Shown: piece by piece, positions 11,680-23,788 of the stretch | How positions within the stretch are numbered: the first letter of the stretch is position 1 | How the letters are laid out: each line of letters starts with the position of its first letter | NCBI GenBank assembly: GCA_030390025.1 | Contig: CM059441.1 | Location: 22,320,001-22,384,000, forward strand | Source: Squalus acanthias | Taxonomy: Eukaryota | Length of the DNA stretch: 64,000 bases | Direction: 5' to 3' | Position numbers and translations under genes: made by a program | Notes under the pieces: model-generated | Told to the model about the DNA's origin: nothing | What the model saw: the letters and a program-made list of their open reading frames with translations, nothing else | Databases searched by the model: none

Positions 11680-12480
11680 CTCTCTCTCTTGAGGACGGGG
11701 CTACGGTTCCGCAGGTGCGGCCTGCCCCCCCAGTAATTCGCTCAAGTGACCACTCTTTATACGTGAGCCTTGACGGTGAATGTTGGCAGGCTGTGGGGTG
11801 TCATCAGAGCCAAGCTCATTCCAGAAGAGATCATTGAATAGCAATTGGGAACCACTGACTTTTTTATTTTAACACTCTTTCCTAGCCCAAACCCACAAGA
11901 AAGATGGAAGAAAGACTTGCATTTCTATAGCGCCTTTCACGACCTTGGGACGTCCCAAAGCGCTTTACAGCCAATGAAGTACTTTAGAAGTGTAGTCACT
12001 GTTGTAATGTAGGAAACGCGGCAGCCAATTTGTGCACAGCAAGGTCCCACAAACGGCAGTGTGATAATGAATCTGTTTTTGTGATGCTAAATTTTGGCCA
12101 GGACACCGGGGGATAACTCCTCTGCTCTTCTTCGAAATAGTGCCACGGGATCTTTTATGTCCACCTGAGGGGGCAGCCAGGGCCTCGGTTTAATGTCTCA
12201 TCTGAAAGACGGCACCTCCGACGGTGCAGCGCTCCCTCAGTGCTGCATTGGAGTGTCAACCTGGATTTTGTGCTCAAGTCGCTGGAATGGGACTTGAACC
12301 CACAACCTTCTGACTGAGGCGAGAGTGCTACCCACTGAGCCACAGCTGACACCAATTGTAGTATTGTACTGACCTGAGTGAAGCTAACTTGGCCCGATCC
12401 AGGGATTGAACCTGTGACCTTTCATGACTTGTGGTTCAATACTGCACCATGAGATGCGCTTACCTACTTTGCCATTAGGG
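11680..12480 (-). mobile_element. AmnSINE2-like SINE split by a DeuSINE
   Basis: 3' part 11680-11890 (ctcaagtgaccactct..gtgagccttgacggtga); head 12353-12480 (gctaact..ccagggattgaacctgtgacc). Confidence 0.6.
11905..12352 (-). mobile_element. Full-length DeuSINE (SacSINE1-like)
   Basis: Head cccactgagccacagctgacac to tail aagacttgcatttctatagcgcc. Confidence 0.93.
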
Positions 12481-12904
12481 AGGGTGGGGCTGAACTCTTG
12501 TCCTTCCAACTTCCTCTGCTGTTGGAGACCGCCGTTTCTTGAGCAGTGCTTGTTCTCGGCAATGTGAACCATCATCGTTTCTGGTATCTGTTCGAGAGAT
12601 CGATGAATAATCTCGCACGAGCCAGATACCATCTTGGTGGGAGCGCTGTATAGAGACGGAAGACTGCAAGAGGATGCTGTGGAGATGAGATTTCAGATAG
12701 TTAAAAGTATGAACAAGTGAAAGATGGGTTGCTGTTTCCTTAGTGGTGTTTAGTTGTGTGGCAGAAAATGAACAAAAACATTGTTGAAAGAGTATGTGTT
12801 TATCTTTAAGTTTAACGAGCTGCTATCCCTCCTCCCCTCGTTCTAAAGATATTTTTTGTGCTCCTCCCATCAGAAAAATTGTCCTTGTAAATTCCTGTTG
12901 AAGT

Positions 12905-13745
12905 CTCTTGCACCCCTCCATTGGTGGCCGTGCCTTTAGCCACCTAAGCCCCATGCTCTGGAATTCCCTCCCTAAACCTCTGCCTCGCCATCTCCCTCTC
13001 CTCCTTTAAAATCCTCCTAAAACCCAGCTCTTTGAACCCTCCTTTCCTTCCTTTTCCTTTAATGGCATCCATTGCAAAGTATTACAAAGTATTTACAGCA
13101 CAGAAACGGGCCCTTCGGCCCAACAGGTCCATGTCCGTGTTTATGCTCCACACCAGCCTCCTTCCACCCTTCTTCATCTAACTCCATCAACATATCCTTC
13201 TATTCCTTTCTCCCTCATTTGCTTAACCAGCTTCCCCTTAAATGTATCGATGCTATTCGCCTCAACTACTCCTTGTGTTAGCAAATTTCACATTCTAACC
13301 ACTCTTTGGGTAAAGCAGTTTCTCCTGAATTCCCAATTGGATTTATTAGTGACTATCTTGTATTTATGGCCCCTAGTTCTGGTCTTGCCCACAAGTGGAA
13401 GCATCTTCTCTATGTCTACCCGATCAAACCCTTTCATAATGTTAAAGACCTCTATCAGATTACCCCTCAGTCTTTTGTCTGGAGAAAAGATCCCCAGACT
13501 GTTCAATCTTTCCTGATGGGTATAACCTCTCGGTTCTGGTATCATTCTAGTAAATCTTTTTTGCACCTTCTCCAGTGCCTCTGTGTCCTTTTTATAATAT
13601 GGAGACCAGAACTGTGCACAGTACTCCAAGTGTGGTCTAACCAAGGTTCTTTCCAAGTTTAACATAACTTACACCGCTGCATAGCCCCTTGGGGCATTTC
13701 TTTCTACGTTAAAGGCCCTGTACATGTGTGATTTGTGCTGTTGCT
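12905..13745 (+). mobile_element. L2 3' fragment interrupted by the CR1 at 13070-13670
   Basis: ccattggtggccgtgcc..ctctggaattccctccctaaacc at 12918-13035; tail tacgttaaaggccctgtac resumes at ~13700. Confidence 0.6.
13070..13670 (-). mobile_element. CR1 LINE 3' fragment
   Basis: ORF 13288..13665 (-): LVRPHLEYCAQFWSPYYKKD..RTRGHKYK..FTQRVVRM. Confidence 0.93.
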
Positions 13746-13879
13746 GCCACTTGTCACTGGTGTTTGCCTCACAAAGGTTTAACAGTTTGTGACAAAGTGT
13801 TGCTGAGTATAATAGGCTGGATTCTATCCCTGGTATTGCTTCAACCAAGTGGAGAGAGTCAGAGTGGGAGACATTTAAT

Positions 13880-14720
13880 TAAAAAAAATTGTTCCTGGAA
13901 TGTGGGCGTCACTGGCAAGACCAGCATTTATTGCCCATCCCTAATTGCCCTTGAGAAGGTGGTGGTGAACCGTCGTCTTGAACCGCTGCAGTCCGTGTGG
14001 TGAAGGTGCTCCCACAGTGCTGTTAGGGAGGGAGTTCCAGGATTTTGACCCAGCGACGATGAAGGAACGGCGTTGTATTTCCACGTCAGGATGGTGGGTA
14101 ACTTGGAGGGGAACTTGCAGGTGATGGTGTTCCCATGCATTTGTCTTTCTAGGTGGAAGAAGTCACGGGTTTGGGTGGTGCTGCCAAAGAAGCCTTGGCG
14201 AGTTACTGCAGTGCATCTTGTAGATGGTACACACTGCAGCCACGGTGCTCCAGTGGTGGAGGGAGTGAATGTTTAAGGTGGTGGATGGGGTGCCAATCAA
14301 GCGGGCTGCTTTGTTCTGGATGGTGTCGAGCTTCTTGAGTGTTGTTGGAGCTGCACTCATCCAGGCAAGTGGGGAGCATTCCATCACACTCTTGACTTGT
14401 GCTTTGTAGATGGTGGAAAGGCTTTGGGGAGTCAGGAGTTGAGACACTCGCCGCAGAATACCCAGCCTCTGACCTGCTCTTGTAGCCACAGTATTTATGC
14501 GCCTGGTCCAGTTAAGTTTCTGATCAATGGTGACTCCCAGGATGTTGAAGGTGGGGCATTCGGCGATGGTAATGCCGTTGAATGTCAAGGAGCAGTGGTT
14601 AGACTCTCGCTTGTTGGAGATAGTCATTGCCTGGCACTTGTGTGGCACGAATGTTACTTGCCACTTATCAGTCCAAGCCTGAATGTCGTCTATGTCTTGC
14701 TGCATGTGGGCATGGACATC
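13880..14720 (-). mobile_element. Non-LTR LINE family B (CR1/Jockey group), 3' fragment
   Basis: ORF 14163..14705: QQDIDDIQAWTDKWQVTF..KC..ILGVTIDQKLNW..TIYKAQVKSVME..LDTIQNKAARLI. Confidence 0.9.
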
Positions 14721-15075
14721 AATCCATCAGTTTGAGTAGGAGCTTAGCCCATTTCAAAGGATAGCATTCAAACCGGCTACATCATTTGAGAGAGAGGAGA
14801 CCATCATTCCATCAGCTTGGGCTGTTAATTATTGTCCTTCAGTGTTAACATTTTTCTCACCACTTTTTTTTAGCAGTTAGAAGTTTGATGTTTTAAGGTG
14901 AAAAGGTCAGAGTTCGGTAACCAGACTGCAGGATTCTGTTCTGAAAAAGGCAATCTGAATTTTAATAACACCTAGTTCAGATGTACAGAAGGTCTTATTA
15001 TAATTGAATGGGCTCATGCAGTGGGCGCAGGCAGCAATTTGCATGGGTGAGTTTAGGACACCATGGTAACCTAAT

Positions 15076-15767
15076 GGCTCAGAAATTCCGTTCGCAGGCC
15101 TCCTGCGGGCGGAGGGCTGCGAACTGGAAAAATCTGCGCCTAGACCGGCGGGCTCCTGGGAGGCGCAGAGTTCCGTTGCTGGGCCTCTCCAAACTGCCGG
15201 TGTGCAGGGCCCACGCATCCCAGAGGTGCAGGCGGTTCGCAGTGTCCCTGGGATCACGTGGGCCATGGGGAGCCAATCAGAGAAGGGAATCTCCCTTCAT
15301 ACATTTGACGGGAAGACCTGTCAAATATATGAAGAGATCACCCCCAAAACATAGTAAAACTTTAATTTTTTTTTTAAAAAATCACATTTTTAAAATGACT
15401 TTAAATTAAAGTTTTTAACAGGGCTAAAAATAAACTTACCTTTCTTTGAAGTATTTTTAAATGATAAATCAGTGGAATTTTTTTTTTAATTACTTTTTTC
15501 AACTCTTATCCTGGTAAAAGCAGGCCTTACGCCTGTTTTTACCAGTCGCAAGAATTGTAAGTGTTTTCTGCGGGCGGAGGGTCTCCAAAAAACGGAACTC
15601 TCCACCCGCAGAGGCCCTTCTCCCGGGCAGGCAGAGGATCTGTCAAGAGCTTTCTTGACAGATCGGAAATGCTGGTTTCCAGTGCATGCCTAAAACCGGC
15701 ATTTCCAATGTCCCTACGGGTGAGTACACAGCGCGTACACACCCATAGGGAATGGAATTTCTGGCTC
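15076..15767. mobile_element. ~690-bp non-autonomous DNA transposon/MITE
   Basis: TIRs ggctcagaaattccgttcgc versus reverse complement gagccagaaattccattccc; GC/CpG-rich arms around an AT-rich centre. Confidence 0.75.
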
Positions 15768-15899
15768 ATCATAATTGAACCGAGTGCCTGTGAGAGTCAC
15801 CTGACCTAAATGGATCAGTCCTCGCTGCCTGGGGGCTCTGCTTTGTATTAACAATCTTGTTGGAAATGATTTAATTTGGTTTTGATATTTTAATTTGTT

Positions 15900-16270
15900 T
15901 AAGGTGACAGATATCCGTGCCAGAGAATGAAGCCCTTTTGGGGCCTCATGTTGGCATCAATCACTCCACTCGGGCACAATATTACTAAGTACAGAGTGCA
16001 GCTCTATATGCTGCCCCAACAATACATCTTAACCCCAAAGACACAGTAAGCTCCCTCTACAGCCTCCGTGATCTCTCTTTGAGTGAGGTTACCAATTTAG
16101 TGCTAATTTGTGGTGAATTGTGCAGTTTTGTGTGAGGGGCTCACTCTCTGTAGGAAATTGTTGAGACCGTTCTCGGACATATCTCACGGGGTCCTTTACG
16201 GCTGACCGATTAGAAGACCTTCCTCCCATCAGTCCGAGTTAGAATCAAACCCAAGTTCCAGAAATTATGA
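15900..16270 (-). mobile_element. LF-SINE-like ancient SINE
   Basis: aaggtgacagat..agagaatgaagcc, agtgcagct..ctgccccaacaat..cttaaccc and ccaatttagtgctaatttgtg..gttttgtg are colinear with the reverse complement of LF-SINE as I recall it. Confidence 0.5.
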
Positions 16271-16354
16271 GATCACAAGAAAAATACTGATGGCAAAAGG
16301 TTAGTACCTCTTAGTACATTTATCTAGAAAGAACCGACAGTTCCTTCATCCAGT

Positions 16355-16805
16355 TATGAGGGACTTCAGTTCTGAGGAGAGGTTGGAAAAGTTCGGACTG
16401 TTCTCCTTGGAACAAAGACGGTTAATAGCTGACCTAATAGAGGTTTTCAAAATGATGAGCGGTTTCAATAGAGAAAAATTATTACCTTTGGCGAGTGGGT
16501 CAAGAACCAGAGGTCACAGATTTAAAATCATTGGCAAAAGATCTAGAGGGGAGATGAGGAGAAATTTTTTCACTTGAGAGTTGTGGGGATCTGGAACGCA
16601 CAACCTGAAAAGCTGGTGGAAGCTGATTCCGTCAATAATGTTAAAAGGGAGTTGGACAGGTGCTTGAGGATGAGGAACTTACAGGGTTACGGACAAAAAG
16701 CGAGGATGTGGGACTGAGCACGACTGCTCTTTCAAAGAGCCAGCACAGGCATGACGGGCCGAATGGCCTCCTGTGCTGTAAGTTTTTATGATGCTATTCT
16801 ATGAA
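16355..16805 (+). mobile_element. CR1 LINE 3' fragment
   Basis: ORF 16356..16577: EERLEKFGLFSLEQRRL..DLIEVFK..RTRGHRFK. Confidence 0.92.
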
Positions 16806-16957
16806 CTGTTTTTAAAATAATTCCCAAGGATTTTGCCTTCGCTCCACTATCTAGCTGTTCATTCCAAGTGTTGCTCTCTCTTTGCGTGACGACATCGGTC
16901 CTAAATTTGCCAGTTTGAACCCATACTTCCTTGTCTTCATCACCATTTAATTCTTAG

Positions 16958-17411
16958 TAAAGAAAGAACTTGCATTTCTTTAATGTCGTTCACGACCTCA
17001 GGACATTCCAAACCCCTTCGCATCCAATGAAGTACTTTTGAGTTGTAGCCACTGATTTGTAATGTAGGAAAGATGGCAGCCAGTTTGCGCACAGCAAGGT
17101 CCCACAAACAGCAATGAAATAACTGACCAGATGATCTGTTATGTAGTAGTGTTGGTTGAGGGATAAATGTTGGCCAGGACGATGGAATAACTCCCCTACT
17201 GTTCTTTGAATGTGGCCATGGGATCTTTTATGTCCACTTGAAAGACCAGACCAGGCTTCGGTTTAATGTCTCGGCCAAATGAGGGCACCTCCAACAGTGC
17301 AGCACTCCCTCAGTACTGCACTGACATGTCAGCCTAGATGATATGCTCAAATCTTTGGAGTGGGACTTGAATTCAGAGACGAGAGCACTACCCACTGAGC
17401 CAAGGCTGACC
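16958..17411 (-). mobile_element. DeuSINE, full length, moderately diverged
   Basis: Colinear with 11905-12352. Confidence 0.88.
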
Positions 17412-17429
17412 CCATTTGGCAAAGATTAC

Positions 17430-17850
17430 TTTCAACATCCATCTCTGAACTGGGTTGTCAGAATTGCTTTGGCTGACCTTCCAGATTTATCTTTTCTATA
17501 CTGCTTTAATGCCTTGTATACTTCTTGAAGTTCCCCCTCAGTTGCATCCATTCATATCCAAGTTTCTCCAGTCTTCCCTTAAAACTCTTGCCAGGGATCA
17601 TTCTCCTGGCTCTTTTCTGAGCCACCTCTCGAGCCTGAATGTTCCCCTTGTATCTGTGACGAAAAGTGGGCACTGTACTTGAGGCACTGTACATTTTCAG
17701 AATGCCCTCCTCTGGCTTGTACTCTAATGGTTACGCAGTATCGCTCAGCACGGTCATCTGCTTTGTTGTTTGATGCTCTGTCATAACTGGACAGGTTAAA
17801 TGCAGAGTCTACTGCCTCCCCATAGATCTCTTCCAAAGTAACCGATGGCT
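17430..17850 (-). mobile_element. Ancient CR1 fragment
   Basis: Minus strand EVAQKRARRMIPG..GRLEKLG..QLRG. Confidence 0.6.
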
Positions 17851-18942
17851 AATTCTACCAATAAAGTTTTTTATTTTGTAATTGTACTTAAAGTTACCAT
17901 GAAATTCCCATGGAAAGTGATGATTCCTGAACTCTTTCAGCGTTTAGGCAAAAGGTCATGAGCTATAAATCAAGTTTACCTTTCCTACAATCTAATATTT
18001 ATTGACTTTGAGATGCTAATGCCTTGGTTTAATTGTGTGCTGAATAAAATCACTCTCTCAAACATTCAGCTTTAGTGCTTTAAACAAATTTGAATAATTC
18101 GAGTTGCAGCGATTAACGCATCAGTGAAATGTCACTGTTTCTCGGGACAGATTTGAGATCAAATGCGGCTGGTTTGCGATAGAAAAGGATCGCAGGAGTT
18201 GCACAAAGTGACTCAAAACCTTCAGGCCAGTGAGTAATTTATGGGACCGAATATTGTCGCTGTGAGCTCATGGGTTGGTTGAACGGGGTAACTGTGGTCC
18301 AAAGGAATTAAATATGTCCCCACTTCTAGTTTTGAAGATGTGTTGTGGAGATTTGGTGTTGTGATAAGTTCACCAGTCATCACGTTTCGCAGAAAAACAA
18401 CAGAATGGAAAACGCAACCAAAGCATTTGATTGACTTTGTGTTTTTCACATTAAAGTGAGGCGTTGCCGAGATGGAAATATTAAAATGGAGAGTTGGGTG
18501 GTGAGGGGCCGAGGGGAGGTGGCGTGTTGCTGTTGTGATGGTACACTAGTTCAAATTCTTCACACATAGAAAAAGAGCCAGCGTTCCATGGCGTGCTTCA
18601 AGTCCACTTTTACTGGGGCAAGGAATTGCAAAACCAATTCCTACATTTTTTTCATGCCATTTTTTGTGGCCATGATTAATGATGGCTTTGGGCACCGTGC
18701 TGTCTGAAAATTGCTTTGAAACTTTAACCAAAAAAAAATGAGGTGATTTGCACTTTTGGTGCTGACCTTGATGTTACCATGTTGGTCGTGTATCATCACC
18801 TCAATCAGTTACCAATTAGGTGAAACCACTGCCTATTAACCAGGTGTTGGAACGTAACCGGGAGACTTTTTCCAGAAGTTTAACCTGCATTCAGTTGGGG
18901 ATGGCACAATCTGCGCAGTATGTTCATAACGTCCTTTGGTCT

Positions 18943-19343
18943 GGGGAGTTATCCAAATGGCTCAGTGGATAAATGGACCACGTAGTATTATACTGAGTCA
19001 TCTAGATTTGGAAGGTCTCTTCTACGGTGCCTGATCTGTGCTGCGTTGGTTGACCCCAGCTCAGGTGATGCTGGGGGTGATAGTTGATCTCTTCATTCCT
19101 AGAAGTGGGGAAAAGTCAGATGGGGTTCACTCTCTTTCTCTATTCCAGACCAGTGCTGGAAGGTACATGTGTGGATTTATTCTAAGGACATGACCAGGGT
19201 TGGCTGTGTTGAACTCTGCTGTTGAGCAACATGTTGACATTCACTGCCTAGGCTCATTATGTGGTCACTTGGGTGAGCTACCAAAGGGCTGTCAGAACCA
19301 GTGTAACTCGGCAAGAATCATTGCCTGCAGGAGAGGAGGGAAG
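18943..19343 (+). mobile_element. AmnSINE2-like old SINE, near full length
   Basis: tggctcagtgg head; ctgtgctgcgttggttga..cagtgctggaagg..cactgcctaggctca..gtcacttgggtgagctacc..caggagaggaggg. Confidence 0.6.
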
Positions 19344-19394
19344 GAAACTTGGAAAAATGAACTCTTCCATTAAATATTTCACTAGATCAGGGGA

Positions 19395-20560
19395 TAAACA
19401 TGAACAAGGAAGACCATTGAGTCCATCTTATCTCATCTATCTAGAAAAACCTACAGGGCCCCCCACTGTCCCCATCCCTCATTTCAGCTTCCAACGATAG
19501 CTTAGATGACTACCTCTGCTAATCACTCTTTACATGTAGGAGAACTTCCTGATGTTGATTCTAGATTTGCCTTTCATCACTTTGAACCTGTGACCCTTTG
19601 TTCTGCTTTCATGGTTTTCATTAAGGTAGTGTTCTGGATTTGTCTATATATATTTTTTTGTATATCCCTCAGTCACCTCCTTTGGCTAGGGAGCCAGAAT
19701 TTCTCCAGTCCATGGTCATAAATAAATCCTTTGACAATAAGAATCATCTTCATCACTCTTCTGCGCTGTGTCTTGATGAACTCTTTGATTGTTCCCAGCA
19801 AGTCTTCCTTCAACTTAAACTCTACTGATTTAGCAGTACAGTTCGATATTCTATGTGCTCTGTTGATTGGTGCTTCACGTTAACTGGACATGTTAAATGT
19901 CAATTCTGCTAACAGCCCATGGACTCTCAATATCACTCTTGGCTAGTCTGAAACCATTCATAGTATATGTGTGGTTTTTCTTCCAATGTGCAGTACCTTG
20001 TATGTATCCACGTTGTGATTCATTTGTCTCTGTTCTACCCGTTTGTAGATGTTACCCAGGCTCCTTGCCTGCCCCCCCTCCTGTTGGTGTTGTCTATGAA
20101 ATGTGCATTGTATCCAAATCATTGATGTCAATGAAAAACTTTAGGAAACTTAAACTGATATTCGAAGCACTCCACTCATTACTCCCAGCGACCTCTTCAC
20201 TACCACTCCTAGAAAATACCTGTTGCTTTTTACTGTCAATTTTTTTTTGTACCCGTATTTGTCCAAATTGACTTTCCACTGCCTTAAGCTTACCTTACCT
20301 GACGGATTTTTGTTAGTGGCTTTCTGGACGTCTTGGCGTACCACACCATATGGTTTATCACCGTCCATTTGGGATGTCCCTTGTTCAGAAAGTCAAGAAG
20401 TTAGGTCAGGTCATTGCTCTTCTGAAGCTGTGTTGGGAGCTACCTACTTGCTTAGGTTATTATGCAGGCAGTCTTCTAGTTTGTTCCTAAATAATAGATT
20501 TCATGATTTTGCAAGTTATTAATGCAAGACTAATTGACCTGTAGTTTCCTGGGTTTGTCA
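19395..20560 (-). mobile_element. Ancient, heavily decayed CR1 RT
   Basis: Reverse complement has a GNYRSISL motif (~20530-20550), KFFIDINDLD, and an RGH-region 3' UTR. Confidence 0.6.
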
Positions 20561-21689
20561 TTTTAAAAAAAAATAAAATAAAATAATTCTGACTAAAGTC
20601 TACTGATGATTTAAAGTAAATTTTGAATTAAGCAGTCTTTTAAATTAAGCAACTCTGAATGAAAACCAGTAAACTATACTGAAACCAGCTTGTTGCCAAT
20701 CCAGAGGGACCTCCCCAGCATTCACTGACTGCCTGCTCATGTTATCTCTCGCTTGTTAGTAGATCTTGTCTTGTGTCTCTCTCTGGGATTGTAGGATGTG
20801 TTTTTCTTGATCTCTTTCTCCATCTCATTGATACAGAAGTTGTTAAATCTCTTTGGCTTATCCCCAATAATCAAGAACATGCTTCTCATGTTTTCTCCAG
20901 TGAGCACTTCAAGGAGGTAATATTGAGTATGTTAACTATTTTAATTCATCCTCCGCTTCAGACCTGTTTGCATCTTCACAGGGTTATCGATTCTTCATGG
21001 ACAACCCACTTACTTTTATAGTCATGGGAGAATTTCTGGCTCTTGTGTTGAACATCAGTCTTTTTTATTTGGGGAATTGGGCGATGGGGATTAAATTCAG
21101 AATAAGGAACCTTTAGTTGAAAATTCCAACAAAACAGCTTAAAGTACAATAACAACCTAGTGTAAGCAAGTCAAGGATCCAAGTAGTGAGACATGCATTC
21201 TTAACTTCAGTTGCATTTTGGTGACACTTAAGGAAGCTTTGTTATTGCTACTGGCTGGAACAATTGATGACTATCTTTCAGCCAAGTTCGTGGTTGCAGG
21301 AGCTTCTCAATTAAATTTGCTGCTACCTATACTGATAGGGTTGTGTTGCCGTTCTCTATTTCTGCTATTCCAGTGCAACTTGGCAGTGTACCTTCAGCAT
21401 GCCTTTCAAAAGTCCAATAGTTGGAGAGTTATAATTAACTTTGGGTTAATCACTGACCCCGAGAAATTGGCTGGGAGAAGACATAAATATAATACCCTAG
21501 AGACAGGATCGTTAACCCAGCCATCTTGTCTATTTGAATGCCTGTCTGTATGTGCTGTTCAGTTTTCTCATGCTGGTCCAGTAATGCACGTTAGCCACTT
21601 CCACCAAAAATCTTGGGTTTCCTCTCACTCCAAGATCAGAATTAAATACAGGAACAAACTGTTAAATGCTAGTGAAGTTCCCCAAGATA

Positions 21690-22045
21690 TGTCTACCATC
21701 TACAAGATGCACTGCAGCAACTCGCCAAGGCTTCTTTGGCAGTACCTCCCAAACCAGCTAAAAGGACAAGGGCAGCAGGCACATGGGACCACCACCACCT
21801 CCAAGTTCCCCTCCAACTCTCACACCATCTTGACTTGGAAATATATCCCCCGTTCCTTCATCGTCGCTGGGTCAAAATCCTGGAACTCCCTCCCTAACAG
21901 CACTGTGGGAGTACCTTCACCGCACAGACTGCAGCAGTTCAAGAAGGTGGCTCACCACCACCTTCTCGAGGGCAATTAGGGATGGGTAATAAATGCTGGC
22001 CTTGCCAGCGACGCCCACATCCCATGAATGAATTTTTTTTTAAAA
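21690..22045 (+). mobile_element. LINE family B 3' end
   Basis: TIYKMHCSNSPRLL..GSKSWNSLP..FKKVAHHHLLEGN followed by the tail. Confidence 0.9.
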
Positions 22046-22419
22046 AGATAAGTGTAATAATGTTGAGTTCATAAATAAATCTGTGCCCCTAACCATATAG
22101 CTCCATGTCATCCACCTGATCTTGCCATGAATTATATAGCAATTAGTTTAGATGGTACCAGAAATATATAGAATGTAGTCTGATGTTAATTCAAAGTCAT
22201 TTTAGCTCAATAAAAATTCAAATTATCCAGTAGTTCGAATTAAGTCATTTTAATGAAAATGTCTTCTGTGCTGTTTTAATTTGAATTAAGTAACTTGGAA
22301 TTAAAATTAGACTAAGTATTAAAAAAAAATCAAATTATATATTTGTATCAAATTACACCAAAATATATAACTTTGTCTGAAATCTATCTTCTCCCAGTTT
22401 TGTATGATTCTCCCTCTAG

Positions 22420-22745
22420 TATTTGTGTCTCTAATCCTTCAACCAACGCTACTGAAACAGATTAAAAACAGAAAATGCTGGAAATACTCAGCAGGTTAGG
22501 TAGCATCTGTGGAGAGAGAAACAGAGTTAACGTTTCAGGTCGATGACCCTTTGTACTACTGAAACAGATTACCTGGTCAGTTAGCTCATTGGCTGTTTGT
22601 GGGACCTTGCTGTGCGCAAATTGGTGGCCATGTTTGCCCACATAATGACCGTGTCTACACTTCCCAATTAATTAATCGGCTATGATGTAATTTTGGATGT
22701 CCTGAGGTCGTGAGAGGAGCTAAATAAATACAAGATTTGTTCTCT
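22420..22745 (+). mobile_element. Old DeuSINE 3' half containing a Penelope pLTR fragment (-, 22465-22555) between 16-bp direct repeats
   Basis: ctactgaaacagatta at 22449-22464 and 22556-22571; the insert is the reverse complement of the pLTR at ~2920-3010. Confidence 0.8.
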
Positions 22746-22759
22746 CTCACTCTTTCTCA

Positions 22760-22792
<33 letters not shown>
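22741..22792. repeat. (CT)n microsatellite
   Basis: Direct reading. Confidence 0.95.
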
Positions 22793-22795
<3 letters not shown>

Positions 22796-23124
22796 ATATC
22801 CTAATCACACAAACTGCTCTTGTGCCCCTTTTTGCTGGTTAGGAGCAGGAATGGGAAAATGTGTTTGCATGCAGGAAAAAGTCATGAGCATTCAGAAAGG
22901 ATGACTCTTGATAAGGTAATCTTTTTGTGGCACATGCGGGTTATTCTTTAACAGGATCTGAGCACACAGGCCAGAATAAAGGAGCATACTGCTGTTTGAT
23001 TAATGCTTTATCCTTATCTAAAATGTGGGAAAGAATAATAGCCGCAGCAAACACTGACTACCTGTTTTGTTCTGGGTCTATCAGATGACGGTCTCCATGG
23101 CAATGAATAATTGCGCCTTAATTA

Positions 23125-23692
23125 AAAACAACAACTTGTATTTATATAGCGCCTTTAAAGTAGTAAAACGTCCCAAAGCGCTTCACAGGAGTGATTATCA
23201 GACAAAGTTTGGCATAGATATTTGAAAATGCTAAAAATACTCCGCAGGTCAGGCAGCATCTGTGGAGAGAGAAACCGAGTTAACGTTTCAGGTTGGTGAT
23301 CATTTGTCTGAACTGGAAAATGTTGCAGATATAATGGGCTTTAAGCAAGTGCAGAGGCAGGGAAAGGGGGGTGGGGGGAGAGGAGAAAAGAGCAACAGGG
23401 ATGGTCTGTGATAGGGCGGGAAGGCAGGTGTGATTAAATGAGAAAAGGGATGACGTGACCAAAAGCTTGGTCAAAGAGGTAGGTTTTAAGGAGCGTCTTA
23501 AAGGAGGGAGAGAGGTTTAGGGAGGGAATTCCAGAGCTTCGGGCCCAGGCAGCTGAAGGCACAGCTGCCAAAGGTGGAGAGATGAAAATCGGGGATGCGC
23601 AAGAGGCCAGAATTGGAAGAGTGCAGAGAACCCTGAGGGTTATAGGGCTGGAGGAGGTTACAGAGATGGGGAGGGACGAGGCCATGGAGGGA
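23125..23692 (-). mobile_element. L2 3' fragment with a nested Penelope pLTR (-, ~23225-23455)
   Basis: L2 tail 23125-23215; pLTR gcaggtcaggcagcatctgtggagagagaaac..; L2 resumes at gtgaccaaaagcttggtc. Confidence 0.8.
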
Positions 23693-23788
23693 AACTCCCA
23701 TTTACTGCTGGGGCTTCTATTAAGGTAGTCCCCACTCCCTTTGGCACGCCGATGGCCTTTCTGAAAGGAATTTAATTATTATATTTAA

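Noticed and set aside
21218-21979. 253-aa ORF
   Set aside because: Chimera of unassigned sequence and a LINE-B 3' end, with a non-ATG start and no coherent domain.
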